Origin: Candidatus Woesearchaeota archaeon UBA153
GTDB taxonomy: Archaea; Nanobdellota; Nanobdellia; Woesearchaeales; UBA525
Reading direction: 5' to 3'
DNA length: 64,000 nucleotides
NCBI GenBank assembly: GCA_002503705.1
Contig: DASH01000042.1
Coordinates: forward strand, 25,950 to 89,949
The translations under genes and the position numbers were made by a program. Of this stretch, positions 7,923 to 17,902 are shown piece by piece (within the stretch, counting starts at the first letter, position 1; every line of letters begins with the position of its first letter). The notes beneath the pieces are model-generated. The model made no database searches. It saw nothing but the letters and a program-made list of their open reading frames with translations, and had not been told where the DNA came from.

Positions 7923-9539
7923 ATGGCGAAGCTCGCGATGGATGATCCGTTCTTCTTCGCGAAAGCGCTGCAGTGGTACAAGCGGCGCGACGTCGAAGAA
8001 GCAATCCTCGTGGCGTGCGAGTCGCGTGAGGTTTCGCCGCGGTACGGGCAGGGGTTCGGCAAGCGCCCCGACGCGTTGTTCTATCCCGCGGACGTGCTGA
8101 GCTTCGCGAAGCGGAAGGCGACGAGCTTCCACTGCAGCGAGGAGCGCTGGAGCGACCCGCTCAAGTTGAAGACTGGCGGTTCGCGGAAAGAGCTCGACGA
8201 CCTCCGCGCCGGCTGGGACTTGGTCCTCGACGTGGACTGCCCGTACTGGCTGTTCGCGAAGCTCACCGCGCACTTGTTCGTGCGCGCGTTGGAAGACCAC
8301 GGCATCAAGAGCGTGAGCGTCAAGTTCAGCGGCAGCAAGGGGTTCCACGTCGGCGTGCCGTGGGAAGCGTTCCCGGAACTGCACGGTGACGTCGAGACGC
8401 GGACGTTGTTTCCGGAAGCGCCGCGCGCCATCGCGAAGTACCTCGTCGACTACATCGCCTCGAACCTGATTACGGTGACGGCGAACACGATCGTCTTCGA
8501 CAAGACGCACAAGGTGAGTTATGAGAAATTGAAGGAGGTCACCGGCAAGGACTCGACCGGCCTCTTGAGCGAGTTCTGCAAGCGGTGCAAGACGCGCCAC
8601 GAGCGAGAAGAGCGCTCGAACCTCGCGGTCTTCCTGTGTGGGAGCTGCGGCCACTCGCGCAAGGCCGAACAGGCCGACTACCTCAAGTGCGAGCGGTGCA
8701 ACGGCGTCATGGAACCGCAACCCATCGTCGAATCAGGTCGGTGCGAGCGCTGCGGGAGCACCGAGTTCGAAAGCAAGTTCAACGTGCAGGCCCTCATCGA
8801 GGTCGACACGATCCTCCTCGCCTCGCGTCACTTGTTCCGCACCCCGTATTCGTTGCACGAAAAGAGCGGCCTCGTCAGCGTCGTCATCCCGACAACGAGC
8901 GTCATGACGTTCGAGAAGGAGGACGCGAAGCCGGAAAAAATCACGAGCTTCCCGCGATTCCTGGACGGCACGAAAGCGTCGCGAGCGGAAGGCGCGAAGC
9001 TCCTCGCCGCGGCGATGAGCCAGGCGGCGCTCGCCGAGCAGAAAGCGGAAGGCAAGCGCGAGTTCGCCGTGCCGGAAGAGGCGGTGCCGGAGGATTTGTT
9101 CCCGCCGTGCATGCAGGAGATGCTCACCGGGCTCACCGATGGGAAGAAGCGCGCGTTGTTCGCGCTCACCAACTTCTTCCGCACGTGCGGCTGGGGTCAT
9201 GAGCAGATGTCCGCGCGCCTCGAAGAGTGGAACAAGAAGAATCCGGAGCCGTTGCGCGAAGTCATCCTGAAAGGCCACCTGCGCTACCAGAAGACGCGCA
9301 AAGAGATCGTCCCGCCGCCGAACTGCAAGCGGTTCTACCAAGACTTCGGCGTCTGCCACCCCGACCAGTTCTGCGGCCGCATCAAGAACCCGGCGCAGTA
9401 CGCCAAGTTCAAGGCGGAACTCTTGAGCGCGGAGAAACCCATCGACAAACCGCGCGTGACGCTCACCGACGAGCAGAAAGCGATGCGGAAGGCGTACCGG
9501 GAGAAGAAGAAGCAGGAGAAAGAACCGTCGAATCCTTAA
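7923..9539 (+). CDS. priSL: Fused DNA primase PriS-PriL with Zn-ribbon insertion
   Basis: WDLVLDVD and KFSGSKGFH (PriS), VDT...RTPYSLHEKSG, FPPCM...PPNC...C...C...KNP (PriL Fe-S domain); start placed at ATG 7923. Confidence 0.92.
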   Translation: MAKLAMDDPFFFAKALQWYKRRDVEEAILVACESREVSPRYGQGFGKRPDALFYPADVLSFAKRKATSFHCSEERWSDPLKLKTGGSRKELDDLRAGWDLVLDVDCPYWLFAKLTAHLFVRALEDHGIKSVSVKFSGSKGFHVGVPWEAFPELHGDVETRTLFPEAPRAIAKYLVDYIASNLITVTANTIVFDKTHKVSYEKLKEVTGKDSTGLLSEFCKRCKTRHEREERSNLAVFLCGSCGHSRKAEQADYLKCERCNGVMEPQPIVESGRCERCGSTEFESKFNVQALIEVDTILLASRHLFRTPYSLHEKSGLVSVVIPTTSVMTFEKEDAKPEKITSFPRFLDGTKASRAEGAKLLAAAMSQAALAEQKAEGKREFAVPEEAVPEDLFPPCMQEMLTGLTDGKKRALFALTNFFRTCGWGHEQMSARLEEWNKKNPEPLREVILKGHLRYQKTRKEIVPPPNCKRFYQDFGVCHPDQFCGRIKNPAQYAKFKAELLSAEKPIDKPRVTLTDEQKAMRKAYREKKKQEKEPSNP

Positions 9540-9609
9540 TTTTCTCGTCGAGGAATGCAAAATTTATATAGTGGTGGTCGACGCTCGTTCTCGTTGAAGA
9601 CTCGCTCCG

Positions 9610-10155
9610 GTGTGCCGCGAGCTGCAGCACCAGAAGCAAGTCATCTTGGAGACTTCGGCTGCGGTGTTGAAAGAAAAGAAAGCCTCGGTCGCGTTCACCG
9701 TCGGCACGATGATCGAAGTGCCCCGCGCGGCGCTCACCGCCGACGAGATCGCCGCGGAGGCGGCGTTTTTCAGCTTCGGGACAAATGATTTGACGCAGAT
9801 GACGATGGGATTGTCGCGCGACGACGCCGGCAAGTTCATCCCGAGCTACCTGAAAGAAGGCCTGTTCGAGTACGACCCGTTCCAGCACCTCGACGCGACT
9901 GGCGTCGGCCAGCTCGTCACGATGGCCGTGCAGAAAGGTCGCAGCGTCAAGAAAGACCTGAAAGTCGGCATCTGCGGCGACCCGGCAAGCATCACGTTCT
10001 GCCACGCCGCCGGCCTGGACTACGTCTCGTGCAGCCCGTACCGCGTGCCGATCGCGCGCTTGGCGGCTGCGCACGCGGCAATCAACGCGAGAGTGAAGAA
10101 GTCACATTTTTTATCGTTTTTTCCGGAATCATTTTCCGATATGTCGGATGATTAA
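9610..10155 (+). pseudogene. ppdK: Pyruvate phosphate dikinase C-terminal remnant
   Basis: [39 protein letters not shown]; only about 160 aa of homology; GICGEHGGDP reduced to GICGDP. Confidence 0.85.
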
Positions 10156-10897
10156 GAATGAGGGCCCAACCAATCTTTCTGATTTCTTTTTCTGTTGGAA
10201 AATTCTTGTGGAATGTGAGATCTCTATTGAGTGTGCGGCCCGCGTTGTTTATGAGGTACTCTGCATAAGGTGTTTCTTGCATATACTGGAGGATATTATC
10301 CAGGAATGAGTAGTTGGGGTTGTTACTGTAGATGAGCTCTGTCGCCCTGACGAAATATTCTTCCTCCATATCGCTTTTGGCGATGACACCGAGTGCCGCC
10401 TCTTTCTTTCGAAAGAATAAGTGCCCGTATTCGTGGATGAGCCGGTCTGTCACGATGCTGTCGATGGATGTCGGAACTATCGGGCTTGAAGCGTATCGAG
10501 CGAACTCGGCTTCGTTCGTTCCCGGTGTTTGCACAGCTCTTCGAATGAGCGCGCGCATACGTTCGACTTCAGGTTGATAGACGACAATGATGTCGTGTTC
10601 TGCATAGGCGATGCCGTCGGCCTGTATGTGCCGAAACATCAATTCTAGTCTTTTGTCAGATTTTTTGATGACATATGCCGTTCCCACCACGCGCTCTCCG
10701 AAAAGCTCACACTCTTTACTCATTGGCGCATAATTTTTCGTCGTGATATCGAAGATTTGCTGAAAAGAATCGATTCTCCCATCTTGGTTCGCGGTCACAA
10801 CGACCGCTCCCCGAGGAGAACTTGTTTGCTGGGCGAAGCTCTCTCCAGTTGTTGTCAGTAAGCTTGTGATTGCGATGATGGTACAGAGGCGGTTCAT
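10082..10897 (-). CDS. Secreted protein with HExxH (zincin-like) motif
   Basis: Signal peptide; LIHEYGH with downstream EE; visibly AT-richer than flanks. Confidence 0.6.
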   Translation of the reverse strand: MNRLCTIIAITSLLTTTGESFAQQTSSPRGAVVVTANQDGRIDSFQQIFDITTKNYAPMSKECELFGERVVGTAYVIKKSDKRLELMFRHIQADGIAYAEHDIIVVYQPEVERMRALIRRAVQTPGTNEAEFARYASSPIVPTSIDSIVTDRLIHEYGHLFFRKKEAALGVIAKSDMEEEYFVRATELIYSNNPNYSFLDNILQYMQETPYAEYLINNAGRTLNRDLTFHKNFPTEKEIRKIGWALILNHPTYRKMIPEKTIKNVTSSLSR

Positions 10898-10988
10898 CTC
10901 AACAACCTTGAAAACTTTTCAAAAAATCCGTATTCTTTCCGGTTTTTTTCGGGGAAGCTTCTTTAACACGAACGTCTCTACCCATCCT

Positions 10989-11255
10989 ATGGCTCTTGAG
11001 CGTTCGCTTCGGACTCTCGCACTCACGGTTGCGCTCCTCACTCCGTCCGGCCCGGTTCAGGAATCAGTTCCAAGTAATAACCTTGTCGTTTATTCTTCGC
11101 GTTCGAACTACTGCGTTAGTTATGTCGTCGATGAACGTCTTATCGGGCGTCCAGTCGCGCCACTCCACCCTCTCCAACACACTTCATGGACCGATCCTTT
11201 CGAAGCCTCCACGTCCGCTTTTAGAGAGGAAATCGACACGTACCGCCTCCAGTAG
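10989..11255 (+). CDS. Small hypothetical secreted protein
   Basis: ATG about 25 nt after TTTAAC; hydrophobic N-terminus. Confidence 0.4.
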   Translation: MALERSLRTLALTVALLTPSGPVQESVPSNNLVVYSSRSNYCVSYVVDERLIGRPVAPLHPLQHTSWTDPFEASTSAFREEIDTYRLQ

Positions 11256-11329
11256 CATTTCTTTTCCCTATTGTCGTCGGAGACTGGCTGTTGCCGGACG
11301 CAAAGCTTTATAAAAGACCTCTTATTCTC

Positions 11330-11480
11330 GCGAGTTCCCGAACTGCAGGGAAGCACTGCTGGTTGGCTCCACCGGGGCGGCCAGCGCGAAGGCCTGGAAA
11401 GGAATGACGCTTTTCAGTACCGACTCAGACACGGTATTCTGCAAGCGCCACTCCCTCCTGAAAACGGCTTTCCTCATACA
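11330..11480 (+). ncRNA. Structured leader upstream of rpl3 (candidate r-leader or divergent SRP-like RNA)
   Basis: TATA (TTTATAAA) near 11307; hairpin 11358-11385 followed by GCG-AAGG-CCT-GGAA-AGG-AATGA-CGC (11386-11410). Confidence 0.35.
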
Positions 11481-11544
11481 TTCCTGAGAGCAAGGGAGAC
11501 CAAGCGAGTACGGAAGAAGAGCACGAAACCACGAGTAACGAACG

Positions 11545-12522
11545 ATGGGTAAGCGCGAATCACCTCGGCACGGCAGCATGGGCGTCTGGCCCCGCAAGCG
11601 GGCGAAGAAGCAGACTGCGCGCGTCCGTTCTTGGAACGTGAAAGAGCAAGGCCTCTTGGCGTTCCCCGCGTACAAGGCGCGCATGACGCGCGTCATCGCC
11701 ACCGACACCGGTAAGAACAGCCAGACGAAGGGCGAGACGATTGTCATCCCCGCGACTGTCCTTGAGTGCCCGCCGGTCAAGATCTATAGTGTCCGCGGCT
11801 ACACGAAGGACGCGTACGGCGAGAAGGCCGCCGCGGAAGTCGTCGTCGGCAAGGACAAGCACCTGTGGCGCGCCCTCGTCACGAAGAAGACGGACGAGGA
11901 AGCGTTGAAACAATTCGACCCGAAGAAATTCTCGAGAATCACCGTTGTTCTGCTCACGCAACCGTCCAAGACCGGCATCGGCCAGAAGAAGCCGCAGATT
12001 TTCGAAGCTGGCGTCGGCGGCTCGAACGAGCAAGCGTTGGCGTGGATCAACGACCACGTCGGCAAGGAGATCGCGGTCACCGACGTCTTCAAAGAGGGAG
12101 ACTACGCGGACGCGCACGGCATCACGACCGGTCGCGGATTTCAAGGCCCGGTCAAGCGTTTCGGCATCAGTCTCAAGCCGCACAAGAGCGAGAAAGGCAG
12201 ACGCGCCCCGGCCACCCTCGGCGGTTGGAGCGGTCAGCAACATTTCATGTACCGCGTCGCGCACGCCGGTCAGATGGGGTATCACCGGCGCGTCCAGTTC
12301 AACAACTTCATCCTCAAGATCGGCGACGACCCCGCGTTGGTCAACCCCGCCGGCGGTATCCCGTACTACGGCCTCGTCAAGAACCAGTATGTCGTCGTCA
12401 AGGGCAGTATTCAGGGACCGAAGAAGCGCATGATCACGCTCACGAAGCCGGTCAAGCTGTACGTCAAGGCCTCGTTGCCGACGATCGAGAAGATCAGCGT
12501 TGACTCGCTCCAAAGACGTTAG
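11545..12522 (+). CDS. rpl3: 50S ribosomal protein uL3
   Basis: PRHGSMGVWPRKRA, GRGFQGPVKRFG, AGQMGYH. Confidence 0.98.
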   Translation: MGKRESPRHGSMGVWPRKRAKKQTARVRSWNVKEQGLLAFPAYKARMTRVIATDTGKNSQTKGETIVIPATVLECPPVKIYSVRGYTKDAYGEKAAAEVVVGKDKHLWRALVTKKTDEEALKQFDPKKFSRITVVLLTQPSKTGIGQKKPQIFEAGVGGSNEQALAWINDHVGKEIAVTDVFKEGDYADAHGITTGRGFQGPVKRFGISLKPHKSEKGRRAPATLGGWSGQQHFMYRVAHAGQMGYHRRVQFNNFILKIGDDPALVNPAGGIPYYGLVKNQYVVVKGSIQGPKKRMITLTKPVKLYVKASLPTIEKISVDSLQRR

Positions 12523-12546
12523 AAACAACCCTCAGGTGTCCTGTTC

Positions 12547-13524
12547 ATGAAACTCGCGGTGTTCGATGCGAAGAAGGCGCGTACCGGTGACGTCGACCTC
12601 CCGGTCCAGTTCAGCGAGCCGGTCAGGAGCGACTTGATCAAGCGCGCCGTCCACGCCCTTCAAGCGGGCCAGCGCCAGCCGTACGGGAGCGACCCGCGCG
12701 CGGGCAAGCGTTCAAGCTCGAAGGTCTCGCGTCGCCGCCGCAACTACCGCGGCAGTTACGGTCAAGGCATCAGCCGCGTCCCGCGCAAAGTCCTCAACCG
12801 TCGCGGCACGCGCATGTACTTCGTCGGCGCGTTCGCCCCCGGCACGGTCGGCGGCCGTCGCGCGCACCCTCCGAAGGCCGAGAAGGTCTGGGAGGAGAAG
12901 ATCAACGACCGCGAGCGGCGGAAAGCCATCCGGAGCGCGCTCGCGGCCACCGTCGCGAGAGAGCTCGTCACGAAGCGCGGCCACCTCGTCCCGGAAGCGT
13001 ACCCGTTCGCGCTCGACGACTCGTTCGAGCGGCTCGCGAAGACGAAGGAGGTGAAGGCGGCGCTTCGCGCCCTCGGCTTCGAGCAGGAGATGGCGCGCGC
13101 GTCTGTCGTCAACATCAAGGCGGGCAAGGCGTCGATGCGCGGTCGCAAGCGCAAGAAGCCCGTCAGCCTCCTCCTCGTGACCTCGTCGCGTGACGCGAAG
13201 CTCGCGCTCGCCGCGGCGAACCTGCCTGGTTTGACGATCGTTCCTGTCGACGTGCTCAACGCGGAACTCTTGGCGCCGGGCACGCATGCGGGTCGCGCGA
13301 CGCTCTTCACGAATGGCGCGCTCGCGAGAATCGCGAACGAAGGGCTGTATACGGATCATGTCGTCTCGCCCGTCGCGGCGACGGCGAAAGCGACGCCGGT
13401 CAAGGCGGAGAAGAAGAGCGCGGCGAACGCGACGAAAGAGCGCGCGGCGAAAGCCGTTCCCGCGGTGAAGTTGAAAGCGGCTTCCGCTCCGAAACCGAAG
13501 ACGGTGAAGGGTGAGTCGCAATGA
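12547..13524 (+). CDS. rpl4: 50S ribosomal protein uL4
   Basis: GGRRAHPPK, LAPGTHAGR; Lys/Ala-rich tail. Confidence 0.98.
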   Translation: MKLAVFDAKKARTGDVDLPVQFSEPVRSDLIKRAVHALQAGQRQPYGSDPRAGKRSSSKVSRRRRNYRGSYGQGISRVPRKVLNRRGTRMYFVGAFAPGTVGGRRAHPPKAEKVWEEKINDRERRKAIRSALAATVARELVTKRGHLVPEAYPFALDDSFERLAKTKEVKAALRALGFEQEMARASVVNIKAGKASMRGRKRKKPVSLLLVTSSRDAKLALAAANLPGLTIVPVDVLNAELLAPGTHAGRATLFTNGALARIANEGLYTDHVVSPVAATAKATPVKAEKKSAANATKERAAKAVPAVKLKAASAPKPKTVKGESQ

Positions 13525-13781
13525 ACGACGGCGCGATCATCAAGCACCCGATCAGCTCGGAAAAGACGATTAAGATCATCGAGACGGAGAACTCGCTCGT
13601 CTTCGCCGTCGCGCGCGACGCGACAAAAGCGGCCATCAAGGCCGAGGTGGAGAAATTGTTCGGCGCGAAGGTCGTGAAGGTCCGGACATTGATCCTCCCG
13701 AGCGCGACGAAGCGCGCGGTCGTCCAGTTCAGTCCGGAGACGCCGGCGATCGACGTCGCGACGAAGCTCGGTTTGATGTAA
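13521..13781 (+). CDS. rpl23: 50S ribosomal protein uL23
   Basis: PISSEK...ENSLVF, operon position. Confidence 0.97.
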   Translation: MNDGAIIKHPISSEKTIKIIETENSLVFAVARDATKAAIKAEVEKLFGAKVVKVRTLILPSATKRAVVQFSPETPAIDVATKLGLM

Positions 13782-13803
13782 CTATCACAGTCACGGTGCA
13801 ACC

Positions 13804-14505
13804 ATGGGTAAAAATTTAATTCAACAGCGGCGCGGCAAAGGTTCGGTCACGTACCGGCGTCACACGCTCTCCGCGCCCGGCATGGCGCGCGTCGAGAACA
13901 GAGGCGGCGCCACCATCCTCGCGCTCCTCCACTCGCGGTTCCACACCGCGCCGTTGGCGCGCGTCGAGTACGAGGACGGCGCTCCCGGACTCATCATCGC
14001 GCCGGAAGGCGTGCGCGTCGGCCAGCGCGTCCTCATCAGCAGCGACGCCCCCCTCGCGACCGGCAACACGCTCCCCTTGAAGAGCCTCCCGGAAGGGAGC
14101 CTCGTCTATAATATCGAAGCCCAGCCGGGCGACGGCGGCACGTTCGTCCGCGCCTCAGGCGGCGTCGGTCGCATCGTCGGCAAGACGGGCGAGGGCGTCA
14201 TCATCCAGCTCCCGAGCAAGAAGCGCCGCTTGTTCAATCCTGAGTGCAAGGCGACGCTCGGCATCGTCGCGGGCGGCGGCCGCCCGGAGAAACCGTTCCT
14301 CAAGGCGGGCATCAAGTTCCACCGCGTCAAGGCGCGGCACAAGTACTGGCCGATCGTTTCGGGCGCCGCGATGAACGCGGTCGACCACCCGTTCGGCGGC
14401 AAGCGCACCAGCAGGAAAGGCCGGCCGACGATTGCGCCGAAGAACGCGCCGCCGGGCCGCAAGGTCGGCATGATCAGGCCGCGCCACACGGGCCGGAACA
14501 AGTAG
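13804..14505 (+). CDS. rpl2: 50S ribosomal protein uL2
   Basis: MGKNLIQQRRGKG, AMNAVDHPFGG. Confidence 0.98.
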   Translation: MGKNLIQQRRGKGSVTYRRHTLSAPGMARVENRGGATILALLHSRFHTAPLARVEYEDGAPGLIIAPEGVRVGQRVLISSDAPLATGNTLPLKSLPEGSLVYNIEAQPGDGGTFVRASGGVGRIVGKTGEGVIIQLPSKKRRLFNPECKATLGIVAGGGRPEKPFLKAGIKFHRVKARHKYWPIVSGAAMNAVDHPFGGKRTSRKGRPTIAPKNAPPGRKVGMIRPRHTGRNK

Positions 14506-14569
14506 GGTTCACTGTCGGCGTCAATGTAGGCTTCAAGGTTCAATGCAGGGTTCAACGGAGTGATGATCA

Positions 14570-15019
14570 ATGGCACGCAAAGAGTTCACCTATCGGGGAC
14601 GGACGGCTGACGAGCTGAAGGCGATGAGCCTCGACGAGTTCGCCCTCCTCATGCCGAGCCGCGAACGGCGCAAGGTGAAGCGCGGCTTCACGACTGCGGA
14701 GAAGAGCTTGCTGAAGAAGCTCGCCAAGCGCGACCGCGTCAAGACGCACGCGCGCGAGATGATCGTGCTTCCCAGCATGTTCGGCAAGACCATCCTCGTG
14801 CACAACGGGAAAGAGTACGCCCCTGTCCTGATCAACCCTGAGATGGTCTCGCACCGCCTCGGGATGTTCGCGCTCACGCGCAAGCTCGTCCGCCACTCCG
14901 CGGCCGGCGTCTCGTCGGCGAAAGCGGGCAGCGGCGGCGACTCTGGCAAGTCCGCTTCCGCGGCCAAGCCCGCGGCCGGAGGGGCAGCGCCCGCGAAGGG
15001 CGCCGAGAAGAAGAAGTAA
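14570..15019 (+). CDS. rps19: 30S ribosomal protein uS19
   Basis: FTYRG, KTHAREMIVLP, HNGK. Confidence 0.97.
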   Translation: MARKEFTYRGRTADELKAMSLDEFALLMPSRERRKVKRGFTTAEKSLLKKLAKRDRVKTHAREMIVLPSMFGKTILVHNGKEYAPVLINPEMVSHRLGMFALTRKLVRHSAAGVSSAKAGSGGDSGKSASAAKPAAGGAAPAKGAEKKK

Positions 15020-15047
15020 GTGAGCTGAAAAAAGCACCATCAAAAAC

Positions 15048-15758
15048 GTGAACACTGTGGCCGGATACGCATTCACCAAGTACGACAGCGCCACCATGGC
15101 ACGCGCCGCCGCGCGCGACGCTCCGATCAGCGTCAAGACGAGCGTGGAGATCGCGAAGTGGCTCCGCGGCGCGATGAGCGACAAGGCTGAGCGTTCACTC
15201 AAAGAGGTCATCGCGCTCCGCCGCGCGGTCCCGTTCACGAGAGCGTGCGACCACGTCGGTCACCGTCGCGGCCACCTCGGCCCTGGCAAATATCCCGTCA
15301 AGGCCGCCAGCGTGTTCCTCGCGCTCCTCACGCAGTGCGTGGCGAACGCGGAGAGTAAAGGCCTCGGCACGCCCCTGAAGATCGTTCACCTCGCTGCCCA
15401 GCAAGCGGCGACGCCCGCGCACTATGGGCGCCAGCGCGGCCTCGTGATGAAGCGCGCGCACGTCGAACTCGTCCTCGCCGAGACTGAGGAGAGCAAGCGT
15501 CGCGAGAAGCGCGAGAAGCGCGTGAAGAAAGAGGGAAAGAAGGATTCGGAGAAGAAGGATGCGAAACCGGTCGTCGAGGAGAAACCGCCGGTGAAGGCCG
15601 ACGTGAACGTCAAGGAGACGACGATGCCGAACGAGGAGAAGACTCCGGTCGCGTCGCAACCCGTTGCGGCGAAGCCCGTCACGGCCAAGCCCGCGACTCC
15701 GAAACCGAAAGCCGAATCATTGAAGAAAGCAGAGAAGAAGCCGGAGCCGAAACAATAA
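15048..15758 (+). CDS. rpl22: 50S ribosomal protein uL22 with long K/E/P tail
   Basis: GKYPVKAA, ANAESKGL, HVELVL. Confidence 0.96.
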   Translation: MNTVAGYAFTKYDSATMARAAARDAPISVKTSVEIAKWLRGAMSDKAERSLKEVIALRRAVPFTRACDHVGHRRGHLGPGKYPVKAASVFLALLTQCVANAESKGLGTPLKIVHLAAQQAATPAHYGRQRGLVMKRAHVELVLAETEESKRREKREKRVKKEGKKDSEKKDAKPVVEEKPPVKADVNVKETTMPNEEKTPVASQPVAAKPVTAKPATPKPKAESLKKAEKKPEPKQ

Positions 15759-15790
15759 CGGCGCTGAAACAATAAGGATGTGACTGCAGC

Positions 15791-16831
15791 ATGGCGATTG
15801 AGCGGAAATTCGTGGCCCAGAACGTCAAGGAGTTCCGAATCAAACAGTACGTTGGTGAACAGCTCAGCAGGGTCGGCTTGAGCAGCATCAAGCTGCAGCG
15901 AACGCCGCTCGGCGACAAGATCCTCATCCGCGCCTCCCGGCCCGGCCTCGTCGTCGGCCGCGCGGGCAGCAATATCCAGAAGCTCACTGAGGCGTTGAAG
16001 ACCGAGTTCAACCTCGAGAACCCTCAGATTGAAATCGAGGAAGTGCAGAACTTCGCGCTCGACGCGAACATCATCGCGGAGATGATCGCCAACTCGCTCG
16101 AGCGCTTCGGCAGCGCGCGCTTCAAGGGCGTCGGCCACAAGGCCTTGCAGGACGTCATGAACGCGGGCGCGATGGGCGTCGAGATACTCCTGAGCGGCAA
16201 GATTCCCAGCCAGCGCGCGAAGACGTGGCGCTTCTATCAGGGCTACCTGAAGAAGTGCGGTGATGTCGCCGTCGTCTGGGTGGATGTCGCGTACAAGACC
16301 GCGGTCCTCAAGACCGGTGTCGTCGGCATCAAGGTGTCGATCATGCCGCCGGACACGAAACTCCCCGACACGATCCTCGTCAAGCAGCCCGACCCCGCCA
16401 CGCTTGAAGAGGTGACGGGTGCGGAAGCGGCGCTCCTCGAGACTGGGGTGCAAGAAGGCCTCGATGGCCTCGAAGGCGTGGATGGCGTGGAAGGTTCGGC
16501 AGAGACTGGCGCCGGAGAGGCGAAAGGGAAGGCCCGCCGTAAGCAAGGCGGCGCTGACTCGGATGAGAAGAAGTCGCGCGCTCCGCGCAAGAAGAGAGAG
16601 GCGAAGACGGGCGAAAAGAAAGACGAGAAGAAAGATGACCTGAAGAAAGATGACGCGAAGAAAGCTGAAAACAAGGGCGAGAAACAGGAAGTGAGCGACG
16701 AGGTCGCTGAGGATGTTGCTGCCGCCGCTGGTGCCTCGGTGCCGAGCGCGCCGACGGGCGACGCCGAACCTGACGCTCAAGAACCTGACGCTCAAGAACC
16801 TGAACTCAGCGTTCAGAAAACCGAGAACTGA
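15791..16831 (+). CDS. rps3: 30S ribosomal protein uS3 with long acidic/basic tail
   Basis: RPGLVVGRAG KH domain, GVEILLSGK, GVVGIKV. Confidence 0.98.
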   Translation: MAIERKFVAQNVKEFRIKQYVGEQLSRVGLSSIKLQRTPLGDKILIRASRPGLVVGRAGSNIQKLTEALKTEFNLENPQIEIEEVQNFALDANIIAEMIANSLERFGSARFKGVGHKALQDVMNAGAMGVEILLSGKIPSQRAKTWRFYQGYLKKCGDVAVVWVDVAYKTAVLKTGVVGIKVSIMPPDTKLPDTILVKQPDPATLEEVTGAEAALLETGVQEGLDGLEGVDGVEGSAETGAGEAKGKARRKQGGADSDEKKSRAPRKKREAKTGEKKDEKKDDLKKDDAKKAENKGEKQEVSDEVAEDVAAAAGASVPSAPTGDAEPDAQEPDAQEPELSVQKTEN

Positions 16832-16836
16832 TACTC

Positions 16837-17040
16837 ATGGTTTCCCAGCGATACGTCGAGCTGAAGAAGAAGACCTCGAGCGAACTCGAGAAGGAGCTCG
16901 CCACGACCAAGCTCGAGCTCATCAAGATTTCCGCGCAGCTCTCGACCGGAGCGGCCGCCAAAGAGGCGGGCAAGTTGCGCACGTTGAAGAAGAAGGTCGC
17001 GCGGATTAAGACGCTCCAGACCGCGCAAGAACGGAAGTAA
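16837..17040 (+). CDS. rpl29: 50S ribosomal protein uL29
   Basis: KKKVARIKT, size and position. Confidence 0.93.
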   Translation: MVSQRYVELKKKTSSELEKELATTKLELIKISAQLSTGAAAKEAGKLRTLKKKVARIKTLQTAQERK

Positions 17041-17089
17041 AACGAGAACAAACGAGAACAAGTGTGACACTCGGAGGATACTGCTGAAG

Positions 17090-17437
17090 ATGACGACGGT
17101 GTGCACCACGTGCGGGCTCCCGAAGGACCTCTGCGTCTGCGACCAGATCGCGCGCGAGAGCCAACGGATTACCGTCATGATCGAGCGGAAGAAGTTCGGC
17201 AAGGCGTACACCACGGTCACCGGCATCAATGAACACGAAGTCGATATGGGCGAGTTGGCGAAGAAGCTGAAGAACAAGCTCGCGTGCGGCGGGACTGGGA
17301 AAGACGGCGTGATCGCCCTGCAAGGGGACCACCTGCGCTCGGTCAAGGACGCGCTTGTCGAGCTCGGTTTCAGCGCCGACACGATTGATGTGCAGCAGGA
17401 CCGGCGGCAAGGGCCGCGTCCTTACGGCCGTCGATGA
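17090..17437 (+). CDS. sui1: Translation initiation factor aIF1 (SUI1)
   Basis: CTTCGLPKDLCVC, LACGGT, LQGDH. Confidence 0.96.
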   Translation: MTTVCTTCGLPKDLCVCDQIARESQRITVMIERKKFGKAYTTVTGINEHEVDMGELAKKLKNKLACGGTGKDGVIALQGDHLRSVKDALVELGFSADTIDVQQDRRQGPRPYGRR

Positions 17438-17498
17438 AAGGATGACAGGACGAAAGAACGATCACCGGATGAACACGAACAAACGGACGATGTGATGC

Positions 17499-17855
17499 AT
17501 GATGGCAGCCAAGAAAGCAAGTGAAACGCGCGCGAAAACCGCGACAGCGAGCGCGCAGACCGGGACTGCGCCCCGCGCTCCGAACGTTGCGGGCGCTCGG
17601 TACACGACGCACGGGCGCACGTTCACTGGTACGGTGACGAGCGACCGGATGTACCGGACGGTGACGGTCGCGTGGGAGCGCCGCCACTTCGTCCCGAAGT
17701 ACCAGCGGTACGAGCGCCGGTACAGCAAGGTGAAAGCGCACAATCCTGTCGAGATTGACGCGAAGGTCGGCGACCTCGTCACCATCAAGGAGACGCGGCC
17801 GATCAGCAAGACGAAGAACTTCATCGTCATCAAGAAGCATGAGCGCGCGCAATGA
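17499..17855 (+). CDS. rps17: 30S ribosomal protein uS17
   Basis: PKYQRYERR, ETRPISKTK. Confidence 0.97.
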   Translation: MMAAKKASETRAKTATASAQTGTAPRAPNVAGARYTTHGRTFTGTVTSDRMYRTVTVAWERRHFVPKYQRYERRYSKVKAHNPVEIDAKVGDLVTIKETRPISKTKNFIVIKKHERAQ

Positions 17856-17902
17856 TGTCAGCGTAGGGCAGTGTAGACGCAAAATTCCCTGTGTGAAACA
17901 AG

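Noticed and set aside
11466-11475. GAGGAAAGCC on the minus strand as an RNase P RNA 5' motif
   Set aside because: No matching 3' ACAGAA..GGCUUA P4 partner found
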